From Desulfuromonadaceae bacterium (lineage in GTDB: Bacteria > Desulfobacterota > Desulfuromonadia > Desulfuromonadales > JAAYDE01): a stretch of 64,000 bases of DNA. Both the position numbers and the translations under genes were made by a program. Shown here piece by piece: positions 49,428 through 57,450 of this stretch; positions within the stretch are counted from its first letter, which is position 1; each line of letters begins with the position of its first letter. The notes beneath the pieces are model-generated. The model had not been told where the DNA came from, did not search any database, and saw nothing but the letters and a program-made list of their open reading frames with translations. The stretch covers positions 6,417 through 70,416 of the forward strand of contig JAAZDE010000010.1 of the NCBI GenBank assembly GCA_012512925.1, written 5' to 3'.

Positions 49428-50765
49428 TCATTCAACACCCTCTTGGGAATCTTCCTTCCAGTCCCCTTCCGCGGCGGCTTCCCCTGCACCACTCTGAGTC
49501 TGTGGATCGAGGTCGAAAAGGTGCCGCAGGGCATCCACATAGTAATTTCCCGTGCGCCGCTGCCGTGACGACTTCAGGGCGGCAATCGGATAGTGGAGCA
49601 GTTTCCCGGCGATGGCTGAGGCCATCACCTCGACGGCGGCCCGCTCCCGCTCGCCGGCTCCTTCCAGCGCCGCCAGGGCCTTGTCCCTTTCGGTGCCACA
49701 GATCTCCTCGACCCGGCGGCGCAGCGACAGGATCGTGGGAACCACCTCCAGATTGCCCAGCCAACGCTGGAAGCGGACAACCTCCTCCTCGATGATCAGC
49801 TCTCCTTTTTCGGCTTCCTTGCGGCGGCTGACGAGGTTGCTGGAAATAATCCCCTGCAGATCGTCCACATCGTAGAGATAAACCTGAGGGATGGAGCCGA
49901 CCAGCGGGTCGATGTCCCGTGGTACCGCCACGTCGACGAGGAAAAGGGGCCGCCCCCCGCGCCGTGCCAGAATTCTTTCCACATCCTGAGGACGGATGAT
50001 GTAGTGGGGAGCAGCCGTGCAGGAAAGCACGATATCCGCGGAGACCAGCTGGTCGCTGAGCCTCTCGAAGGAAACGGCCCGCCCCCGGAATTTCTCAGCC
50101 ATGTCCCGCGCCCGCTCCAGGGTCCGGTTGATCACCGTGATGGAATGCACTCCGTGGCCGAGAAAATGCTGCGCGGCCAGTTCACCGATCTTGCCGGAAC
50201 CGATGAGAAGAACGTTCTTGCCCGCCAGCGTACCGAAGATACGGCGCACCATCTCCACCGCCGCGAAGGGGATCGACACCGCTTTGCCGGCAATGGCGGT
50301 TTCGCTGCGCACCCTCTTGGCCACGGAAAAGGTCCGGTGCAAAAGCCGGTTCACAATCAGCGCGTTGGTTTTGGCCCGGCAGGCCTGGGAATAGGCGACT
50401 TTGACCTGGCCGAGAATCTGCGGCTCGCCAATCACCATCGAATCAAGGCCGGAAGCGACCCGGAAAAGATGGCGGACAGCCGCCACCCCACACCAGGCAT
50501 AGAGATGGGGACGGATCGCCCCCTCTTCGAGGCCGTGATAATCGGCCAGGAACCTTCTGACCTCTTCCACCCCTTCCTCGACCTGGGGGGTGACGGCATA
50601 GACCTCCACCCGGTTGCAGGTGGAGAGAAGCAGACACTCGCGGACGGCGGGACGCTCCATGAGCTGGGCCAGGGCTTCCTGGATGCGGGACGGAAGGAAG
50701 GCAAGGCGCTCCCGGATTGGCAAGGGGGCGGTGCGATAATTCAGGCCGACTATTATTATATTCAC
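49428..50765 (-). CDS. hemA: Glutamyl-tRNA reductase
   Basis: The track start (GTG 50798) would overlap sirC. GTG 50765 gives (M)NIIIVGLNYRTAPLPIRERL, the usual HemA N-terminus. Confidence 0.92.
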   Translation of the reverse strand: MNIIIVGLNYRTAPLPIRERLAFLPSRIQEALAQLMERPAVRECLLLSTCNRVEVYAVTPQVEEGVEEVRRFLADYHGLEEGAIRPHLYAWCGVAAVRHLFRVASGLDSMVIGEPQILGQVKVAYSQACRAKTNALIVNRLLHRTFSVAKRVRSETAIAGKAVSIPFAAVEMVRRIFGTLAGKNVLLIGSGKIGELAAQHFLGHGVHSITVINRTLERARDMAEKFRGRAVSFERLSDQLVSADIVLSCTAAPHYIIRPQDVERILARRGGRPLFLVDVAVPRDIDPLVGSIPQVYLYDVDDLQGIISSNLVSRRKEAEKGELIIEEEVVRFQRWLGNLEVVPTILSLRRRVEEICGTERDKALAALEGAGERERAAVEVMASAIAGKLLHYPIAALKSSRQRRTGNYYVDALRHLFDLDPQTQSGAGEAAAEGDWKEDSQEGVE

Positions 50766-50772
50766 GTTGCCA

Positions 50773-51456
50773 TCACCCGGACATATCCTCTCCGGCACTT
50801 CCCTTTTTCAGATCGATGCCCAGCGAAGCAAGCGTCAGACCCTCAATCCCCAGTTCGTCCAGCAAGGTATCGACGGCCGCGGCGTCACCGGCGGCGAGGC
50901 AATCGAGGATTCCCTGGACCATAAGCCGGCGGCAAAAACCGGAATAATCCAGGGATTTTTCCGCGCCGGCAAACCGCTCCCGGAGCCGGGAGGCCATCTC
51001 CACGAAAAGGCCCCACTCCTCCCCCAGCACTCCCGCCAGATGATCCCGGACCAGGGCCGCCGCCAGGGGACTGCCGCCGCCGGTGCCCACCGCCACCGTC
51101 AGGGTGCCGCGGCGCAGAACCGCCGGCAGCAGAAAATCCCCTTCCCGGGGACTGTCGGCGACGTTTACAGGGATTCCGGCCTGGCGGGCCTCGGCGACTA
51201 CGGCGGCATTGACGGCGCGGTCATCGGTGGCGGCAAAGGCGAGAAAGGCGCCACGAAGATCCCCCCGGCGATAGAATCGCCCCACCCGTTCCACGTTGGC
51301 CGGAAGAGGTTCCTCCCCTGGGGGAAGGGAAGGCGCCACCAACCGCACCCTGGAGCCGGCCGCCGCCAACCCCCTGGCCTTGCGCAGACCGACCGCACCG
51401 GCGCCGATGACAACGCACAACCGGCCCGCGATATGGGCGAAAAGAGGATAATCCAT
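50773..51456 (-). CDS. sirC: Precorrin-2 dehydrogenase / sirohydrochlorin ferrochelatase (SirC / CysG N-domain-like)
   Basis: ATG 51456 (MDYPLFAHIAGRLCVVIGAGAVG, Rossmann fold). Resembles the siroheme synthase N-terminal domain. Confidence 0.8.
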   Translation of the reverse strand: MDYPLFAHIAGRLCVVIGAGAVGLRKARGLAAAGSRVRLVAPSLPPGEEPLPANVERVGRFYRRGDLRGAFLAFAATDDRAVNAAVVAEARQAGIPVNVADSPREGDFLLPAVLRRGTLTVAVGTGGGSPLAAALVRDHLAGVLGEEWGLFVEMASRLRERFAGAEKSLDYSGFCRRLMVQGILDCLAAGDAAAVDTLLDELGIEGLTLASLGIDLKKGSAGEDMSG

Positions 51457-51565
51457 CGACGATATCACCCGAGAAAAGATTTAAAGCGGTATGATAGGAT
51501 GCTCCACGAAAAGGTGTCAAGAAAGGGTTGTAAACGACCAGATGACAGGGTGTCGATTTACTTCC

Positions 51566-51593
51566 TTGATTTTTTTGGCTTGTCCATTATAGT
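51566..51593 (+). promoter_or_regulatory. Possible trxA promoter (TTGATT-N16-TATAGT)
   Basis: Hexamers at 51566-51571 and 51588-51593, about 45 nt upstream of the trxA ATG. Confidence 0.4.
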
Positions 51594-51638
51594 GGGTATC
51601 AATTGTGATCCGGACGATAGATAAAAGGAGAATTCATT

Positions 51639-51968
51639 ATGGCGAGTGAAAATGTCCTGCAATTGAGCGACGGCAACTTCGAGAGCGAAGTTTTGAAATC
51701 TTCGGTTCCGGTTCTCGTCGATTTCTGGGCTTCCTGGTGCGGTCCCTGCAAAGCCATCGCCCCCATGATCGATGAAATCGCCGCCGAATACCAGGGCAAG
51801 ATCAAGGTCGGCAAGGTCAATGTCGATGACAACCAGGCCACCCCTTCCACCTATGGCGTGCGCGGCATTCCCACCCTGATCCTGTTCAAGGATGGGGAGA
51901 TCGTGGATCAAGTCGTCGGCGCGGTGCCCAAAAACCAGCTGAAAAACCTGATCGACAAGGCTCTTTGA
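51639..51968 (+). CDS. trxA: Thioredoxin
   Basis: 109 aa. Active site WASWCGPCK. SD AAAGGAG. Confidence 0.95.
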   Translation: MASENVLQLSDGNFESEVLKSSVPVLVDFWASWCGPCKAIAPMIDEIAAEYQGKIKVGKVNVDDNQATPSTYGVRGIPTLILFKDGEIVDQVVGAVPKNQLKNLIDKAL

Positions 51969-52075
51969 TCGATATCCGCGACAGTTTCAAAGTTTATGGA
52001 CGGGAAGCAACCCCGCTTTACCGCAAACATCATTCTGCCCTGATTCCGGTTTCATGAACCAACCACCTTGCAATT

Positions 52076-52117
52076 GGCCCGGCACCGTCACAATGCGGTT
52101 CCGGGCCGCTTTGTTTC
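52076..52117 (+). terminator. Terminator-like hairpin after trxA
   Basis: GGCCCGGCACCG-7 nt-GCGGTTCCGGGCC followed by GCTTTGTTTC (weak U-tract). Confidence 0.45.
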
Positions 52118-52150
52118 AAGCCCTGCTCCCTTACACGGGATGATCGAATC

Positions 52151-52720
52151 ATGATTTCCAGGCGGCTTTCCAATATCATCGGCTTCGACGACGCGCCTTT
52201 CGCCAGGGAAAGCAGGGCGCCGGTCCCCATTGTCGGAGCCGTTTTCGCCGGTCCGCGCTTCGACGGCGTGCTGATTGGCGCCGTTACCAGAGATGGGTTT
52301 GACGCCGCCGCCAGAATCATCCAGATGGTGCGCGACTCGAAATTCGCCGCGCATGCCCGCCTGATCATGCTTCAGGGGATCACTGTGGCAGGGTTCAATG
52401 TGATCGATCCCTTTTCCATCCAGGACACATTGGGATTGCCCCTGCTGGTGGTCAGCCGCAAACGGCCGGATCGGCACGCGATCCGCCAGGCCCTGCTGGA
52501 AAACATCGATCAGGGAGAGGAAAAATGGGCCGTCATCGAAAAGCTCGGTCCGATGGAACCGCTGGGGGGGCTTTTTATTCAGAGGGTGGGATTGTCAGGG
52601 GAGGAGGCGGCAGCGGTGGTGGAACGTCTGTCGGTGCACAGCCGGATTCCGGAACCGATCCGCACCGCCCATCTGATTGCCGGCGCCCTGACGCGGGGAG
52701 TGAGCCGCGGCGCTCCGTAA
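52151..52720 (+). CDS. DUF99/UPF0215-family protein
   Basis: IIGFDDAPF...PIVGAVF...DGFDAA...IMLQGITVAGFNVID...GLPLLVVSRKRPD...RIPEPIRTAHLIAGAL matches my recollection of the mainly archaeal DUF99 pattern. Confidence 0.7.
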   Translation: MISRRLSNIIGFDDAPFARESRAPVPIVGAVFAGPRFDGVLIGAVTRDGFDAAARIIQMVRDSKFAAHARLIMLQGITVAGFNVIDPFSIQDTLGLPLLVVSRKRPDRHAIRQALLENIDQGEEKWAVIEKLGPMEPLGGLFIQRVGLSGEEAAAVVERLSVHSRIPEPIRTAHLIAGALTRGVSRGAP

Positions 52721-52823
52721 CCGTGGCCGGTTTTTTGTTTTCAGACTTATCCTCTTTATCCCCGTTGCACCGGTTATTGCTTTAACAGGCTGCCGGCGGG
52801 AAGGTGGCACCCCGGGAACCTTT

Positions 52824-53276
52824 TCAGGCCAGGTCGGCCCGGCTGTCGAGGAGGATGGTGACCGGTCCTTCGTTGCTGAGCCGCACGCTCATCGCGGCGC
52901 CGAAAACCCCGGTGGCGACCTTCATTCCCACCTGACGCAGAGCGGCGACATAGCCTTCATACCAGACATTGCCGATTTCCGGCCGGGCGGCGTGGGAGAA
53001 TCCGGGGCGCCGTCCCTTGCGGCAGTCGGCCAGCAGGGTAAACTGGGACACGGCCAGGATCGATCCCCCCACATCCCGCACCGACAGATTCATCTTCCCC
53101 TGGGCATCGTCGAAGATCCGCAGGTTGAGGGTCTTGTCCACCAGATAGCGGAGATCCCGTTCCGTGTCCCCGTCCTCCACCCCGAGCAGAACCAGCAGGC
53201 CGGCGCCGATCTCGCCCACCGTTTTTCCATCCACCACCACTTCCGCACCGGACACCCTCTGCAGAACGGCGCGCAT
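52824..53276 (-). CDS. dtd: D-aminoacyl-tRNA deacylase
   Basis: [13 protein letters not shown]...LLVLLGV...SQFTL...GRRP: Dtd-like over the full length, 150 aa. Confidence 0.93.
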   Translation of the reverse strand: MRAVLQRVSGAEVVVDGKTVGEIGAGLLVLLGVEDGDTERDLRYLVDKTLNLRIFDDAQGKMNLSVRDVGGSILAVSQFTLLADCRKGRRPGFSHAARPEIGNVWYEGYVAALRQVGMKVATGVFGAAMSVRLSNEGPVTILLDSRADLA

Positions 53277-53429
53277 CTAGTCCTCCTCCGCCAGTTCCCG
53301 GAGCAGGGCCAGATTTTTTTCATCCATCTCGTCGTTCTCCCCTTTCGGGGTTTCGAATATCTTGGGAATTGCCACCTTATCGACGCCGCCGGCGATCGAT
53401 ATGTGAGCGCCGAGAAATTGTCCGCTCAT
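53277..53429 (-). pseudogene. nfo: In-frame internal-deletion relic of endonuclease IV (nfo), 50 codons
   Basis: Unlisted ORF MSGQFLGAHISIAGGVDKVAIPKIFETPKGENDEMDEKNLALLRELAEED. An Nfo-type N-terminus (GAHxSxAGG) is joined directly to an Nfo-type C-terminus (ILETPxG...). The roughly 230 central residues are missing. Confidence 0.6.
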
Positions 53430-53445
53430 GATGGACCCTTTTTCA

Positions 53446-54066
53446 TCAATAGATGGAAAGGACTTGAGAGGCGGAGCCGACCCGGTGATCTACAAAGGAA
53501 GGCGTATCCCCTTCCCCCACCCAGACGGTGCTCATGCCGAGTTCCTTGGCGGTCTTCAGATTCTCCAGGGTGTCCTCCACCATGACGCATCGTCGCCCCT
53601 CCACGCCAAGCTTGCCAAGAACCCTGTGGTACGGCTCGGGAAAAGGTTTGGGAAGGAACGAGGCGATGCGGATGTCGAAAATCTCCTCGAAGCAGCTCTC
53701 CACCCCCAGGCAGCGCAGGACCCGCAGGGCATAATCGGAAGAGGCGTTGGTGAAAACCACCTTGCGCAGGGAAGAGGAGGCCAGCGCATCTCTCAGTTCA
53801 GGGTCATCCCCCAGGCGGCCGGGAATGTCGACATCATGGACGTAGTCGAGATAATCCTCCGGATCGACCCCGTGATGGTGGATCAGCCCCCCCAGCGTCA
53901 CGCCATAATCCCGCCAGTAGCGGCGCCGCAGTCCGTCCACCTGCTCCTTCGGGATGCCGAGGATGTCGCTCATGTAGAGATTGATCCGCCGGTCGATGAG
54001 CGAAAATAGATCCCGTTTGCGGGAATACAGGGTGTTGTCGAGATCGAAAATGAGAACGTCGGTCAT
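53446..54066 (-). CDS. HAD-superfamily hydrolase, pyrimidine 5'-nucleotidase-like
   Basis: Motif I FDLDNTLY. TNAS and a C-terminal (V)EDTLENL-type motif. Confidence 0.8.
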   Translation of the reverse strand: MTDVLIFDLDNTLYSRKRDLFSLIDRRINLYMSDILGIPKEQVDGLRRRYWRDYGVTLGGLIHHHGVDPEDYLDYVHDVDIPGRLGDDPELRDALASSSLRKVVFTNASSDYALRVLRCLGVESCFEEIFDIRIASFLPKPFPEPYHRVLGKLGVEGRRCVMVEDTLENLKTAKELGMSTVWVGEGDTPSFVDHRVGSASQVLSIY

Positions 54067-54087
54067 GATGGAAAATGTTATTCCGTA

Positions 54088-54927
54088 TTATTGGGGAGCA
54101 AAGTCCCCTTCGAAAACCTGTACCGCCGGGCCGGTCATGTAGACCTCGCCGCTTTCGGCCCATTCCAGTTCCAGATCGCCCCCCAGCAGATGGTTGCGGA
54201 TACGGCGGTCGGTCAGGCCGTTCAAAAAACCGGCCACCGTCACCGCACAGGCGCCGGTGCCGCAAGCCAGGGTTTCCCCCGAGCCCCGCTCCCAGGTGCG
54301 CTGCTTCACCTCGCTCCGGGAAACAACCTCGACGAACTCGACATTGGTCCGCCGGGGAAAGAGGGGGTGGCTTTCGATCGCCGGCCCATATTTTTCCACC
54401 GGGAAGTCAGACACTCCGGGGACGAAGATGACGCAGTGGGGATTGCCCATGGAAACACAGGTGATTTCAAAGGTCCTGTCCAGCACCGAAAGCTCCTCAT
54501 TGACAACCCGGGCGGACGAGTCCCCCTGCATCGGGATTTCGCCCCTGGTCAACCGGGGACGGCCCATCATTACCCGCACCTTTGCAACCTTGCCGGAAGA
54601 GCCTGTAAAAAGCTGCAGGGTCAATATCCCCGACTGGGTTTCGACGCTGATCTCCCGGCGGCTCACCAGGCCGTGATCATAGGCATACTTGGCCACGCAG
54701 CGGATGCCGTTGCCGCACATTTCGGCCTCGCTGCCGTCGGCGTTGAACATCCGCATCCGCACATCGGCGACCTGGGAAGGAAGAATCAGGATCAGGCCGT
54801 CGGCGCCGATGCCGAAATGAGGACGGCTCACCTCCACCGCCAGCGCGGATGGATCGGCCACCTGCTCCTCGAAACCGTTGACATAGACATAATCGTTGCC
54901 GGCGCCATGCATCTTGGCAAATTTCAT
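54088..54927 (-). CDS. dapF: Diaminopimelate epimerase
   Basis: ATG 54927 ([16 protein letters not shown]). Catalytic Cys motifs MCGNGIRC and LACGTGACA. The track start is an upstream GTG. Confidence 0.93.
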   Translation of the reverse strand: MKFAKMHGAGNDYVYVNGFEEQVADPSALAVEVSRPHFGIGADGLILILPSQVADVRMRMFNADGSEAEMCGNGIRCVAKYAYDHGLVSRREISVETQSGILTLQLFTGSSGKVAKVRVMMGRPRLTRGEIPMQGDSSARVVNEELSVLDRTFEITCVSMGNPHCVIFVPGVSDFPVEKYGPAIESHPLFPRRTNVEFVEVVSRSEVKQRTWERGSGETLACGTGACAVTVAGFLNGLTDRRIRNHLLGGDLELEWAESGEVYMTGPAVQVFEGDFAPQ

Positions 54928-55034
54928 CGTCGTCACCCGTTATGAAAAAAATATTTTCAGAAAAAAGACGGACTTTTTGCGAAGTTGGTATTATTGCATG
55001 AACGGCGGGAAGCCTCAATAAAGGAAGGAAAGGA

Positions 55035-55652
55035 ATGTCCCTGGAAATCGTTCAGATCAAATCACTGTCCGGAGGAAATTTTTCTTACCTGGTTTTCTGT
55101 CCTCGATCGAGGGAAGGGATGATCATCGATCCTTCCTTTGCCGCCGAGGAACTGCTGGCCAGGGCCGCCGAGAAAAATCTTCGCGTCCTGCTGGTGGCCA
55201 ACACCCACGGACACCGGGACCACACCGAAGGGAACCGGCGCATAATGGCGGCAAGCGGCGCCCTTCTGGCCGCCTCCCCCCTCGACCTGCCCCAACCCGA
55301 CATCCCCCTGGCGGAGGGCTCCGTACTGAAGCTGGGAGAAGAAACGATCCACGTTCTCCACACTCCCGGCCACTCCCCGGGCTCCCTCTGCTTTCTCCTG
55401 CCGCCCGGGGATCTCGTCACCGGCGACACCCTCTTCGTCACCAAAGCGGGACGGGCCGACCTCCCCGGCGGCAATCCCCGCGAGCTCTACGCCAGCCTGA
55501 AACGGCTGGCCGCGCTGCCGGAGTCGACCCGCATCCATCCGGGGCATGACTACGGCCCCTCGCCGGTCTCCACCATCGCCTTCGAAAAGGAGCACAACCC
55601 CTATCTCCGCTGTGCCGACGTGGAGGAATTCATCCGCCTCCGCATGGGATAG
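55035..55652 (+). CDS. MBL-fold metallo-hydrolase (glyoxalase II-like)
   Basis: HxHxDH motif (NTHGHRDHTEGN), later HTPGHSPG and HPGHDYG. Confidence 0.85.
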   Translation: MSLEIVQIKSLSGGNFSYLVFCPRSREGMIIDPSFAAEELLARAAEKNLRVLLVANTHGHRDHTEGNRRIMAASGALLAASPLDLPQPDIPLAEGSVLKLGEETIHVLHTPGHSPGSLCFLLPPGDLVTGDTLFVTKAGRADLPGGNPRELYASLKRLAALPESTRIHPGHDYGPSPVSTIAFEKEHNPYLRCADVEEFIRLRMG

Positions 55653-55678
55653 AGGTCCAGCATGGCGCACCCTGATGG

Positions 55679-57397
55679 TCAGACAAAAAGAGGCAGAACC
55701 GCAAACTTGCCGATATCGACATAACCCCTGTCGGTCAGTTTCAGGGCGGGAATCACCTCCAGCCCCATGAAGCTCAGCGGCATGAAGGGATCGGCAAGGG
55801 GACTTCCCAACTCTCGGACAGCCTGGTGTTGGCGCCGGCCCAGACGCCGCACCTCTGCGACGCCCAGGTCGGACATCAGACCGGCGATCGGCAGCGGCAG
55901 CAGATCCAGGACTTTCTCTCCCATCGCCACGCACTGTCCGCCTCCGGCATCAGCCACGGCGCGAGCGGCGGTCATCATGGAAACATCATCGCAGCCCAGC
56001 ACCATCAGGTTGTGATGGTCGTGGGCCACGGTGGCGGCGATGGCTCCCCGGCGCAAACCGAAACCGTGAATGAAACCGAGGCCGACCCGGCCGCTGCCGT
56101 GGTGACGTTCGATAACCGCCAGCTTAAGGATGTCCCGCGCCGCATCGCTCACCACCAGGCCATTCTCGATCCGCGGCGTCTCGATCCGTTCCTCGGTCAG
56201 CAACTGGCCGGGAATCATGCCGATGACCCGCATTTTCCTGTCTTCCGCCGTCACTTTCAGGGAAACCGCGTTCCAATCGACCCGCACCGTATCACGGACG
56301 AAAGCATCGACGGCCGCCCCCCCTTCGACCATGACCCCTTCCGCCATGACACCGTCTTGCGCCACCAGGCGTCCGGCGGTAAAGACCAGTTCCGCCCGCG
56401 GAGCGGCCAGATCGCTGAACACCATCAGATCGGCCCGCCGGCCGGGGCCGACGAAACCGCGATCATGGAGCCGGAAATGTTCGGCCGCGTTGAGGGTGGC
56501 CAGGCGCAGGGCCTGGAGTGGTTTCACCCCTTCGCCGATGGCGAGACGCACGGCATTATCGATCGACCCGTCGTCGATAAGATCACCGGGATGGCGGTCA
56601 TCGGTGCAGAAGCAGAGCCAGCGTTCGTTCTCCGCGGTCACCAGGGGCGACAGGCTTTTGAGATTGCGGGCGGCGCTCCCCTCGCGGATAAAAACCCTCA
56701 TCCCCAGGCGCAGCTTCTCCCTCGCCTCATCGAGGGTCACGCACTCGTGATCGGAGCGGATACCCGCCGTCACATAGGCGTTGAGCCCCTTTCCTTTCAG
56801 ACCGGGACAGTGACCGTCGAGAGGACGGCCCTCGCAGAGGGCGAGTTCGGCGAGAACCCGCGGATCGGCGGCCACCACGCCAGGAAAGTTCATCACCTCG
56901 CCAAGACCGATGACCCCTGGTTCGGCAAGCAGCGGCGCCAGTTTCTGCGTATCCAGCTCGGCGCCGGAGGTGGCCAGAGGGGTCGGCGGCACACAGGAGG
57001 GTATGGTCACGAAGGTGGAAAGAGGCGATGTCTCGGCATTGCGGAGCATGAAGCGGATGCCGGGGACACCGAGGACGTTGGCGATTTCGTGGGGGTTGGT
57101 GATGACCGTGGTTACGCCATGGGGGAGTACGGCGCGGGCGTACTCGCGGGGGGTGACCATGGAGCTCTCGATATGAAGATGGGCGTCGATGAGGCCGGGG
57201 CTGACATATCGCCCCTGCAAATCGATATTTTCCCGTCCCTGATAGCCTTTGTCGACGCCGGCAATGAAACCTTCATGGATAGCGATGTCGGCGACATAGA
57301 CATCCTCTGTCAGGACATTGACCACCTGAGCGTTCTGCAGCACCAGATCGGCGGGCGAATCCCCCCGCGCCACCGCGATTCTGTCCGTCAAAGCCAT
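55679..57397 (-). CDS. ade: Adenine deaminase
   Basis: 572 aa. Amidohydrolase motif GLIDAHLHIESSMVTP. Ade-like length and pattern. Confidence 0.88.
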   Translation of the reverse strand: MALTDRIAVARGDSPADLVLQNAQVVNVLTEDVYVADIAIHEGFIAGVDKGYQGRENIDLQGRYVSPGLIDAHLHIESSMVTPREYARAVLPHGVTTVITNPHEIANVLGVPGIRFMLRNAETSPLSTFVTIPSCVPPTPLATSGAELDTQKLAPLLAEPGVIGLGEVMNFPGVVAADPRVLAELALCEGRPLDGHCPGLKGKGLNAYVTAGIRSDHECVTLDEAREKLRLGMRVFIREGSAARNLKSLSPLVTAENERWLCFCTDDRHPGDLIDDGSIDNAVRLAIGEGVKPLQALRLATLNAAEHFRLHDRGFVGPGRRADLMVFSDLAAPRAELVFTAGRLVAQDGVMAEGVMVEGGAAVDAFVRDTVRVDWNAVSLKVTAEDRKMRVIGMIPGQLLTEERIETPRIENGLVVSDAARDILKLAVIERHHGSGRVGLGFIHGFGLRRGAIAATVAHDHHNLMVLGCDDVSMMTAARAVADAGGGQCVAMGEKVLDLLPLPIAGLMSDLGVAEVRRLGRRQHQAVRELGSPLADPFMPLSFMGLEVIPALKLTDRGYVDIGKFAVLPLFV

Positions 57398-57450
57398 ATT
57401 TTCCCCTCCCGAAACAGTTTTTTAACAACAGGCCAATTTTCCATTGCGGT

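Noticed and set aside
52804-52820. TGGCAC hexamer, considered as the -24 element of a sigma-54 promoter
   Set aside because: No TTGC occurs at the required spacing (the sequence is TGGCACCCCGGGAACC). It lies between two convergent gene ends.
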